A DNA stretch of 64,000 nucleotides from Sphyrna mokarran (lineage: Eukaryota). A program made the position numbers and the translations under genes. Under the pieces are notes generated by a model that had not been told where the DNA came from, ran no database searches, and saw nothing but the letters and a program-made list of their open reading frames with translations. Location of the stretch: assembly GCA_024679065.1 (NCBI GenBank), contig JAGIQG010000020.1:8866001-8930000 (forward strand), read 5' to 3'. The first letter of the stretch is position 1, and every line of letters begins with the position of its first letter. Positions 12,281 through 22,626 of this stretch are shown here, piece by piece.

Positions 12281-13255
12281 CCGAACGTTTTCACTGAATT
12301 TGGAGACCATGTTGAATTGTAGCAAGTTATCACATTAACGTTACCAATCCGAGAATGGGGATTAATATGCAGCATTGCTCTAAGTGGGGTGATTTTGCAA
12401 TTTAGCTTTTTCACCGGCGCTATCCATCTAAAAATGTTTGTGGTGTTCTTAGAATATTGGAATTCTGGGACACAGAATGAGGCCAAACGTGTTCTTTGGA
12501 AAGAGCGCGTCCTGAGTCAATTTCATACACATTGTGTTTATTTCTTAGAATATTTCTCCATTTTGCCATCGTTTTGCTCGCCCTAAAAATACAGGTAAGA
12601 TGCAGCAGTGCGAACAGCCCCTTGGCCAAACAATATGTCCTATCGTGCCACTTTTGCTCTCTCGAAATGAAATTCAATTGGCAAGTTATCAACTGACCGG
12701 AAGGTGGAAATTTCAACTTCCATCTTGCTGGTAAAATGCTTTTATTGCATTCTGGGTGTAGGTGGGGGTATGAAGTATTGAGAATCTTTTTTTTTCGGAA
12801 CGGTTTCACTCAGTTTGGAGACGCGATTGAGTTGCAGCAAATTATCACATTAACGCAGCCAATCCGAGAACGGGGATTAATGTGCAGTATTGCTCTAAGA
12901 GGAATGAACTTTTGATTTTGTAATTTAGCCTTTTAACCGTTCCTATCCATCTTCAAAACTCTGTAGGATTCCTAAAATTTTGGAATTCTGGAACACAGAA
13001 TGAGGCCAAACGCCTTCTTTGAAAAGAGCGTGTCCTGAGTCAATTTCTGACATCATTGAGTTTCAATCTTAGAACATTTCTCCATGTTACCATGGTTCTG
13101 ACGCCTTATTAATACAGGTAAGATGCAGCAGTGCGAACAGCCCCGATCAAAACAACCTATCTTATTCCATCCCTTCCGCATCAATCGATTCAATTGATTT
13201 CTCAGACTATGGACTGGCCGGAAGGTGGAAATTTCATCTTCCATCTCGTTGGAAG
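12281..13255. repeat. Two-copy direct repeat (about 450-460 bp, period about 515 bp) in the J-C intron; also at about 34361-35331 and 55744-56710
   Basis: GAACG.TTTCACT.A.TTTGGAGAC...CCAATCCGAGAA...GGAATTCTGG.ACACAGAATGAGGCCAAACG...GATGCAGCAGTGCGAACAGCCCC...GGAAGGTGGAAATTTCA occurs twice per intron. Confidence 0.85.
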
Positions 13256-13576
13256 AATATGGAGCAAATTTCCGCCACAGCATTCAGGAAGATCCCAGTA
13301 AACCTAGTTTCACCCTCCCTCTGTCCTCGTTAAAACCGGGTGATACCATTTCATCTGAGAAAAGATTGTCCCGGACACGTTTAAAAGCCTAGATATTGCC
13401 TGCAAAATTGGTCACACTGACAAACGTTTGCATGGCATATGACACTGGGTCACCAGCTATGTCTAAATGTATTTATATGACAGTAGCCGTGATTTGCTAC
13501 AGTTCAATCTGTCAAGCCAATATGTTTAAAGTGTTTTTTTCAGCGTCCGCAGTAATGCGGTAAATAATTTACTTAC

Positions 13577-13906
13577 TGCCCAGGTTCAGCTTGGTTCCTC
13601 TTCCGAAGGTATTAGCTGCATAACAGTAATAATCGGCGGCGTCCTCCGATTGAACGTTGGTGATGGTTAAATGCATCTTGTTACTCGATGAGTCCACAGA
13701 CCCGGCGAATCGATCTGGAATACCCGAAGCCATACCAGAATACTCGGACCAAACAAGCACAGGGGCGCTGCGGGGTTTCTGCCAGTACCAGCTCGTGTAG
13801 TAGTCGCCAATGCTGTCTCCGGATAGGGTACAGGTGATCTTGACAGTCTTTCCCGGGGAAGTTGAAATGGATCCTGGCTGTGTCAGGACAATATCTCCGA
13901 TGGTAC
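13577..13906 (-). CDS. IGLV: Ig light chain cluster 1, germline-joined VJ exon (shark type II/NS3, lambda-like); CDR3 YAANT
   Basis: Acceptor tttcaccag|GT. Translates to DIVLTQPGS...TC...WYWQKP...DYYCYAANTFGRGTKLNLG, ending at donor A|GTAAGT. 330 nt, open. V runs directly into the J motif FGxG with no RSS. Confidence 0.96.
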
Positions 13907-14040
13907 CTGGTGAAATAAGTATTGACCTGTCAGGCTCTACAATTGTGAATATTGTTGGCAATTCAACTCCATTAAAGCCAAGCATAGACAATAAGTGCAG
14001 TAAAAATAGCGACAAGAGTGAAAGTTAACGCAACACCTAC

Positions 14041-14083
14041 TGTGGAAACAGAGCATTAATGCGACAAGAACTCGAACAGTCAT
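14041..14083 (-). CDS. IGL: Ig light chain cluster 1, leader exon (MTVRVLVALMLCFH + phase-1 A)
   Basis: ccttcaccATG start and a hydrophobic signal peptide. The donor A|GTAGGT splices in phase to the VJ exon (AGT = Ser, then TIG|DIVLTQ). Confidence 0.93.
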
Positions 14084-14151
14084 GGTGAAGGTCCTAGAGA
14101 GGGTCAGAAATACTGTTGAAATACGTCTTGACACAGTGCGTTACTGGGCTC

Positions 14152-14279
14152 TTTTTATAAAGCGCTTCTTCAGAGGCTTCAACCTTGACAACGTCACTGA
14201 ATATTAAATATGTATGCAAATCCCCGTCATCTAAAGTGGGCAATAGGATTTCGTGCCCTGAGTTGACTGCTATTTGCAT
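14152..14279 (-). promoter_or_regulatory. Cluster 1 Ig promoter: TATA box plus two octamers in opposite orientation
   Basis: On the sense strand: TATAAAAA at 14152-14159, ATTTGCAT at 14214-14221 and ATGCAAAT at 14272-14279. Confidence 0.85.
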
Positions 14280-14589
14280 AGGCTTATGTCAGATATTTTA
14301 GAGAGGGGGTAACAAAATGTCAGAAAATACACTTCAAACCCTGAATAAATGAATACCAGAAAAATGAAATGGCGGGTAAAACATGAGTGACTGGGTGGCC
14401 AGAATAGGTGAGCTTTAGAAACCTGAGCAGGACAATAAAGTGGAAAACCTGAAGGCAGTAAATTGGTTTGTGACTATATGATTCTGCAGAAACTCGAATT
14501 GGAAAAGCAGAGTGCGTGTTGAGTTTGAGCATAGCGAGAAATTAAAGAGATTGAGCAGTGTCCTTGTTGACAATACATGATAGATAAAT

Positions 14590-14822
14590 GAGCGGATGGA
14601 CAGAGAGACAGAGCGATAGATAGATAGAGGGATGGACGGACGGCACGGAAAGAAAGAAAGGGAGGAAGAAAGAAAGAAAGAACAGACATGTCGGCAGAGA
14701 GGTAGAAAGACACACAGACAGACAGATAGGTATAGACAGAGAGAGAGAGGTGGACAGACAGACAGAAAGGTAGACAGATAGAAAGAGAGAGAGAAGTAGA
14801 AAGGCAGACAGAGAGTGAAGGA
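14590..14822. repeat. Compound purine-rich microsatellite (GACA/GATA/GAAA/GA) about 0.5 kb upstream of the leader; paralogs at about 36650-36872 and 58040-58265
   Basis: Read directly from the sequence. Confidence 0.85.
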
Positions 14823-15185
14823 TGGAAAATGCACTGGAATATTTGATGTTGATTGCACCTTGTGTTATTCGTGAACTGCCAGGCATGGGGAACCTTGGTG
14901 AATTAAATGTATTGAGAAAAATATGGACGATGAAATGAAGTTTTATTAATCAGCCTGGGAGGGATATTTTTTGTCACACGAAACTGCGAATTTATTATGT
15001 CAACACTTTGAAGAATGAATGGTGAACGGTCAAATAAAGCAGACGTTCATTAAAATTGTGATAGTTATCGAAGCTTCAAGATCAAGCGTGGACTGCGGCC
15101 TGATCGTAGAAAATATTATACTAAATTCCATTTGTACCTAGTTTGAAAATAGCGTCTAACATTCACAACAAATACGTAAATATTC

Positions 15186-15490
15186 ACAGAATCATAAAAT
15201 CCCTGCAGAAGCCGGCCTTTCGGCATATCAAGCCTGCATCTACAACAATCCTCCAGGTCCATAACCTCACCCATTTACTCCACCAATTCCTTGACAGGAT
15301 AGGACAATTCAGCGTGGCCAATCCACTTAACCTGTATATCTCTTGATTGTGGAGGGAAACTGGAGCATCGGGGAGGAATCCCATGCAGACGCAGGAGATC
15401 TTCACACAGACAGTCACACAAGGCTGGATTTGAATCCGGCTCGCTGGAGCTGTGAGGCAACAGCGCTAAAAAGTGCGCCACCGTGTCACT
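15186..15490 (-). mobile_element. V-SINE (paralogs at about 37238-37542 and 58631-58935)
   Basis: Reverse tail AGAATCATA..ATCCCTGCAG..GGCCTTTCGGC, core GGACAATTCAGCGTGGCCAATCCAC..TGTGGAGGGAAACTGGAGCA, head GCTGGAGCTGTGAGGCA.CAGCGCTA. Confidence 0.75.
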
Positions 15491-15562
15491 CTTAAAAACG
15501 AACAATAAACTAATAAGAGTGTTGCCATAACCTTCTCATTTTCTCCAGATGAACGTCCGGCT

Positions 15563-15760
15563 GGGGACTGATTGATTTAGTTAGCTGGGATACCTCGCGC
15601 GTGTATCAGACCAATGCTAACGGCGCTGGTTCAATTCCCGTTCTGGCTCCGGTGGACTCGGGACCTGCCATCTGCCCCTGCGCCTGAGAGTGAAGACAAT
15701 GGCAAACTATCACTGACAAAACCTGCATGAAAACGGCTCAGACCAAAGCATCAGCAGACA
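15563..15760 (+). mobile_element. Degenerate tRNA-derived SINE with Pol III A/B boxes (paralogs at about 37618 and 59011)
   Basis: A-box-like TAGTTAGCTGG (15578-15588) and B box GGTTCAATTCCC (15628-15639). I could not form a cloverleaf. Confidence 0.45.
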
Positions 15761-15849
15761 GTGGGCCAAGGTCCTGCTTTCTGCAGACGCCATTTGGACA
15801 ACTGAACAGGAGAGGTACCGGTGCATTAGGAAATAGCGAAATGTGCCAA

Positions 15850-16440
15850 CCCTGTTCAGGAATAGGTGGAAGGAAATTTCTCATTTATATGGACGGGACA
15901 GTTGATAAATAAGGCTTCAGAAAGGCAGACATTCGAAGATAATTGAGTTTGCTGAAGTGAGGCAGCACGGGTTTGTGAAAAATCAAGTTGCTTTTGACTA
16001 ACAAAATTACATTTTCTCAGTCAGCAGCAAAATGTTTGCTGAAGTAAATGCAGTGCGTGCTGTTTATATAGATTTTAAGAAGTCCTTTGGCAAAGTCCCA
16101 CATAAAAGGTTGTGTAACAAAATTGATGATCATGGAATAGGAGCGTTAGTTTCACGTTGGACTTGTAATAAATGTCTTGACAGAAAAGAATAACTTGTAC
16201 TCTTTTTTAAGAATGGGGGATGATAAATATTGGTGTTTCCTAGCTGTCAGTGTTGAGAAAGCTGGCCCGATATAAAACGTCAAAGTACGGCAAACAGTGA
16301 GAATGATAACTATTCACTACAACAACGCATAGATAACATCAGGAATTCACATAGCGAATGTGACAAGAGACAGATTAAATTTAATGCAGGTATTTGAGCT
16401 GATGAATTTTGCCAGAAGGAATAGAGAGAGGCAATACATT
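15850..16440 (+). mobile_element. Highly decayed CR1 ORF2 fragment (paralogs at about 37910-38490 and 59300-59885)
   Basis: Relics of QHGFVK..SCLTN and VYIDFKKSFGKVPHKRL. Confidence 0.6.
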
Positions 16441-16684
16441 TTTACTTTAATTTCAGTAATGTGATGTGGACATCGTGGCCTCGGTTAGTATTTATTGCTC
16501 AACCCGAATTAATACCCTGAGAAGAGTATTTCTGTAGACATGATATACGTTTGAATTCCAAAGTTCTAAATGCTGTGCAGGGCTAGGGGGCTGTGAGCAT
16601 ATTGAGAGGTTCGTTGCTTTTTTTTCTTTCATGGAATGTGGACCTGGATGTCAACGCCAGGATTTTTTGTCATAAGTTCGCAAG

Positions 16685-19600
16685 AAAATAAGAACTGGGG
16701 GGCAGGAATAAGCCAGCTGGCTACGCGAGCCTGCTCCGCCACTCATTAGGATCATGGCTGATGTTTTCCGGACTCCACTCCATTTATCCGCTCACTCACC
16801 ATAAACTATAATTCCTTTACGGTTTAAAATTTATCTAGCCTTACCTTAAAAACATTCAACGAGGTAGCCTTAACTGCTGCACTGGGCAGGGAATTCCACA
16901 GATTCAGACCCCTTTGGGTGAAGAAGTTCCTCCTTATCTCAGTCCTAAATTCACTAAAAAGTGAATTGAGGAGAGCTAAGAGGGGACACGAGAAGATGTT
17001 GGCTGATAGGATTAAGGAGAATCCTAAAGCTTTCTTTCGATATGTTAAGAATAGAAGATTGGTTAGGGCAAGATTAGGGCCAGTCATAGACAGCAGTGGG
17101 AAGTTGTGCGTGGAGCTGAAGAGATTGGAGAGGCACTGAATAAATATTTCTCTTCGGTATTCACGCAGGGTGATGTAAATGTAGTTATGGAGAACACTGA
17201 GGTACAGGGTTGCAAACTGGAAAGTATTGAAGTAGATAGGGAGGATGTGCTAGACATTCTCGAGGGTTTGAAGTTGGATAAGTTCCCTGGGCCGGATGGG
17301 ATTTACCCTAGGATTCTCTGGAAGGCAAGAGAGGAGATTGCAGAGCCTCTGGCTCTGATCTTCAGGTCCTCGTTGGTTACGTGTGTGGTTCCGGAGGACT
17401 GGAGGATAGCGAATGTGGTCCCATTGTTTAAGAAGGGGAAGAGAGACCTTCCAGGGAATTATAGGCCAGTGAGTCTTACTTCTGTTGTGGGCAAGGTATT
17501 GGAGAGAATTATTATGGATAGGATTTATAGTTATTTAGAGAGAAATGAATTGATTGGGGATAGTCAGCATGGTTTTGTGAAGGGTAGGTCCTGCCTTACT
17601 AACCTCATTGAGTTTTTTGAAAAAGTGACTAAGGAGGTGGATGGGGGTAAGGCGGTTGATGTGGTATATATGGACTTTAGTAAGGCGTTTGATAAGGTGG
17701 CCCATGGAAGACTTCTGCAGAAAATGCAGATGTATGGGATAGAGGGTGATTTAGCTACTTGGGTTAGGAATTGGCTAGCAGATAGAAGACAGAGGGTGGT
17801 GGTTGATGGGAGATATTCATCGTGAGTTCGGTTACAAGTGGTGTACCTCAGGGGTCTGTTTTGGGGCCCCTGCTGTTTGTAATTTTTATAAATGATCTGG
17901 ATGAGGGTATTGAAGGATGGATTAGTAAATTTGCAGATGACACTAAAGTCTGTGGAGTGGTAGATAGTGAAGAGGGGTGTTATAGTTTGCAGAGAGACTT
18001 GGACAAGTTGCAGAGCTGGGCCGAGAGGTGGCAAATGGAGTTTAATGTGGAAAAGTGTGAGGTAATGCACTTTGGCATGAACAATAAATGTGTAGAGTAT
18101 AGGGCTAATGGTAGGGCTCTTAATAGTGTTGAGGAACAGAAGGATCTTGGTGTATGTGTCAATAGATCCCTGAAAGTGGGCAGTCAAGTGGATAAAGTTG
18201 TTAAGAAGGCATATGGAGTCTTAGCTTTTATTGGTAGGGGAATTGAATTTAGGAGCCGCAGCATCATGTTGCAACTGTACAAAACTCTAGTGCGGCCGCA
18301 CTTGGAGTATTGTGTGCAGTTCTGGTCCCCACATTATAAGAAAGATGTGGAGGCATTGGAGAGGGTACAGAGGAGGTTTACCAGGATGTTGCCTGGTATG
18401 GAGGCAGGTCCTATGAAGAGAGGTTGAAGGATTTGAGGTTGTTTTCGTTAGAAAGGAGGCGGCTAAGAGGGATCTTATTGAAGCATATAAGATGATTAGA
18501 GGTTTAGATAGGGTGGACAGTGATAGCCTTTTTCCTAGGATGGAGAAAGCTAGCACGAGGGACACAGCTTTAAATTAAGGGGTATGAGTTATAGGACGGA
18601 TATCAGAGGTAGTTTCTTTACTCAAAGAGTGATTAGGGAGTGGAATGCCCTGCCTGCAGCTGTTGTAGATGCGCCAAGTTTGGTGGCGTTTAAGAGGTTA
18701 ATTGGTAAGTATATGGAAGAGAAGGGAATGGTTTAGTTTGGAGGGGCATTGCTTTTTATTTTGTTCGGCGCAACATCGAAGGCCGAGGGGCCTGTTCTGT
18801 GCTGTAATGTTCTATGTTCTATGTTCTATAAATATTCTCCTCTGTATTTTGCGGTCATGTCTCTTAGTTCGAGCTTCAAATGCCAGTGGAAACAACCTCT
18901 TTGCTTCTATTTTATCTATTCCTTTCATAGTTTTATATGTTTCTATAAGATCTCCCCTCATTCTTCTGAATTCCAGTAAGCAGAGTCCCAGGCTACTCAG
19001 TCTCTCCTCATAAGCGAAACCTCTCAACTCCAGAATCAAACTTTTGAACCTCCACTGCACCCCCTCCAATGCCATTATATCCTTTCTTAAGTAAGGAGAC
19101 CAAACCTGTACACAGTCCTCCAGATATGGCCTCAGAAGGACCTTACACAGCTCCCGCATAACATCAATGTTTTTAAACTCCATCCCTTTAGCAATGAAGG
19201 ACAAAATTCCATTTACCTTGTAATTACCTGCTGCACCCGCAAACCGACTTTTTGTGATTCATACACAAGGACACCAGGTCCCTCTGCACAGCAGCATGCT
19301 TCAATTTGTTACCATTTAAACTATAGTCCATTTTGATGTTTCAAAATGGATGACCTCAAATTTACCATTATTCTACTCCATCTGCCAGAATCTTGCCCAC
19401 TCACTTTGATTACCTATGTCCCTTTGCAGACTTTCAGTGTCCTCTGCTCATTTTGCGCTACAATTCATCTTAGTGTCATATGCGAATTCTGGCGCACTGC
19501 AGTTGGTCCTCGTCTATATAATTTGTAAACAATTGCTCTCCCAACACTGATTCATGAGGCACGCCACTGGTCATTGATTGCGAACCAGAAAAACACCCAT

Positions 19601-20420
19601 TTACCACCTCACCGCTCCCCCTCCCCTCCCCCCGCCCTCGCTTTGCTTTCTGTTAGTTAATCAATCCTTTATCAATGCTGATACTTTACCCGTAACACCA
19701 TTCAGCTTTATTCTTCGCAGCAGCCTTTGGTTCGGCACCTTATCAAATGCCTTCTGGATTTTTGTATCTGATTTATTATAATCAGATGTATTAGCATACA
19801 GTGAAAAATATTGTTTTTTGCGTGCTGTACAGATATAGCATACCGTTCAGAGAGGAGGAAAGGAGACACTGCAGAATGTAATGTTAGACATAGATAATAT
19901 AGAAAAAGATCACAACTTAATGCAAGGTAGGTCCATTCAAATGTCTAACGGCAACGCAGAAGAAGGAGGTATTCTTGAGTCAGTTGGTACGTGACCTTAG
20001 ATTTTTGTATCTTTCTGGAAATCCAGATGCACCACGTTCACAGGTCCCTCACTGTAATCTTCTCAAAGAATTTCAGCATATTAGTCAAACATGACCTGCC
20101 TCCCTTCATGAACCCATGCCGTGTCTTCCCAATGGATGTTAAGCTAAGCGGCCTGTACTACCCGCCTTTTGTCTACCTCGTTTTTTAAAACGTTGGCGTC
20201 GCATTTGCTGTTTTCCAATCTGCGCGAACGATTCTAGACTTGATAAATGACCACTAGTGCATTTGCTAACCCCTCCGCCATCTTTCTAGTACTCTGGGAT
20301 GCATTCCATCAGCCCCAGGAGATTCGTCTACTTTTAGCCTCAATAGCTCAACACTCTTTCTTCGGTGACAATCATAGTTTCTAAGTCCTCACCAGCCATA
20401 GCATTCTTATCATTAATTTT
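16685..20420 (-). mobile_element. Older fragmented CR1 LINE shared by all units (paralogs at about 38710-42000 and 60120-61960)
   Basis: Minus-strand peptides FIAKGMEFKN...RPYLEDCVQVWSPYLRKD...RRMRGDLIETYK and RRNFFTQRGLNLWNSLP; tail near 16685-16760. Interrupted by other insertions. Confidence 0.8.
16951..18828 (+). mobile_element. Young 5'-truncated CR1 LINE (HER1-like), unit-1-specific, nested in an older antisense CR1
   Basis: RT motifs NYRPVSLTSVVGKVLE, QHGFVKGRSCLTNL, DFSKAFDKV, GVPQGSVLGPLLF and FADD over several frameshifts; (TGTTCTA)n tail; apparent TSD TAAAT (16946-16950 / 18829-18833); empty sites near 38991 and 60385. Confidence 0.93.
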
Positions 20421-20714
20421 TGGCATGTTATTTCTCACTGCCCGGAAAACCATGTGGAACCTTTTAGTATACAAACAGATGCCTTGAGTATTAAATCAGG
20501 GGAGTGTGCTGAAGCTTTATATAGATTTGGTTTGGACAAAACTAATGTACTGCGTCCAGTTCTGGTCACCAATCTTCCGGGAGGGCATGAAGATCCTTAA
20601 GAGGGTGCAGAGGAGATTTGCCAGGAACGTTCTAGAAAACTTAGGTACAAGGTTAAGTGGGAGACCTGGAGCAGTTCAGTTGGAAAAAGGGGGAACTTGA
20701 CGGAAGTGCACAAG

Positions 20715-21399
20715 AACAAAGAACAAAACAGCACGGGAAACAGGCCCTTCGGCCCACCGAGCCCGCGCCGCCAACCTGATGTTCCCACCTCTACCCGTGA
20801 TCCCTATCTATGTTTATAGATCTATGGATTAAAAACCAAATTTGAGACAATTTAGGGAGAATTTGTTTTGCCAATTAGCCTAAGAGCACATCTTTGGGAT
20901 GTGGGAGGAAACCGGAGCACCCGGAGAAAACCCACGCAAGCACGGGGAGAATGCGCAAACTCCCACAGACACAGGCCCAAACCCATGTATCTGCACAGCA
21001 CAGCGATAGTCACTGAGCTGTCGTGTTGCCCATCAAATGGTCCAGGTCAAGCGTACACTAACGACGTGAAGCACTAGGATGCTCTCGAAAAAGATCCAAG
21101 AGATCCTCTCACGACCCATCGCGTGTATGCCCCTCGTTAGACAACAAGCTGGACCAAAGCACCTGTAGGATAAAAACAAGTACATCAATATCATCTATTT
21201 ACCCACTTCCCAGGGACTCCAAAGGCTCATGATCCCTAGTTTAAATCAGTTTTCGATACCCCTCCATTCCCATTCTGTTCATGTGCCCATCTAAATATTT
21301 CTTAAATAACTCTAGAGTACTTGCCTCCACCACTTTACTTGGCAGCGCATTCCATACCCCCACCACCGTCTGCGTGAAAAAACTCCCTCTAGCATCCAA
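20715..21399 (-). mobile_element. 5'-truncated chimeric CR1: ORF2 C-terminus + structured 3' UTR + captured V-SINE + CR1 tail; unit-1-specific
   Basis: LDARGSFFTQTVVGVWNALPSKVVEASTLELFKKYLDGHM...* followed by unique UTR, decayed tRNA head, V-core and (TTTGTTC) tail. Empty sites GTGCACAAG^GATTGGCAG near 42283 and 62238. Confidence 0.8.
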
Positions 21400-22626
21400 A
21401 TTGGCAGTTTTCGTAAGATGGAGACAGAAAGGAAGTACCAATTTTCTGATGGCACAATGAACAGCAGACACACATTTAGGGATTTGGGCAAAAAGTACAG
21501 GGAATGTCTGAGGAAGACTTTTTTGTGATATGAGCAAGAGAATGCAAGGAACAGCGGGTATCATTGCTTTCAAATTAAAATAAGATATGCACCTCATGGA
21601 AACACACTTGCAGGGTTACGGAATAGAATGAGGGAATGCGAGTGGCTGTATTGCTCATTCGGAATCCGGATAGACTGGATGTGTCGAATTACCAAATCTG
21701 CTGTAATGATTGTATTACTATGATATTATAATAGTTTATCACACAACCACTTGTGCCTATGAAGAACTGCGAGCAGTCACATTTTCATTGTCCAGTCGAA
21801 AGGTATAGAAAAGAACCAGAAATAATTCCATTTCCAGGCCTGACCGTTCTGGTCGCGGGTAGCATTTTGTTAATACAGTAATTGTGCATCAATATAGTAG
21901 AGGGGGAGCAAATCTGATTACCCTTCACATGCCAAATCTAAGAAGTACCTGCAGAATTACGTTCACTGACCATAGCCCTATATATTTTCCATCTTGATGT
22001 ATTTAGATAATATCCTGTTTCAGTTCTTATTGAATCGTATTCATCACTCAGTCTGCCATTGCAATGTAGATCTTAAAACCTTGCCTTGGATTACTACACC
22101 CGTCCCCTCCACGCCTTTCAGTTTCTATCACAAATTACTTTAAATTCTTGAATTCGAGCTTTCTGCCTCTGGAAACAATTTATTCCTATTTTCTCCATCA
22201 AATTCAGTCAAGAAGGTATCAATCAATCTCTGCTTGACCAGATCTGCTCCGAACAGAACATCCCAATTTTCCCTAATCCCTTTGTTTTTCACGCCTTTCA
22301 AATGAATTAGTTGTCATGGCCCCCGTCTAAATTAAATATTATCTAATGCTTACAACATGAGGATATTGCATTCGCGTTATTTTAATAATGTTTTAGAAAA
22401 AACGGGTGTTCAGCTCCAAATACCAGTTTCTGCTCTTCAATGCCTGCCCTTGAAAAACGCAGACAACAGGAGCATGGCGAAAGTAAAACAAGGAGAGAGA
22501 ACCGCGTGGAGCGAGCAAACACAGGAGCATGGAGATAAAATAAGATTGGTGAGTGAACCCCAGCAGAGCCCAATCACAGGCGAAGCAGAACACAGCGGAA
22601 ACACGAGACGAATCGAGAGAGAAGGT

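Noticed and set aside
13907-14015. ORF-track N-terminal extension (MSLFLLHLLSMLGF...) looking like an alternative signal peptide; similar at 35993-36101
   Set aside because: It is the leader-V intron read through from a near-cognate start. A canonical leader exon with proper splice sites exists, and cluster 3 has a TAA in this frame.
14415-14886. Long Leu/Ser/Phe-rich ORFs upstream of each leader (also 36487-36938, 57878-58331)
   Set aside because: Translations of the pyrimidine strand of a microsatellite.
15563-15645. Possible tRNA gene
   Set aside because: Only A/B-box-like motifs; no cloverleaf could be formed, so it is treated as a SINE head.
17564-18187. 207-aa antisense ORF (and 40640-40999)
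   Set aside because: Antisense shadow of CR1 ORF2.
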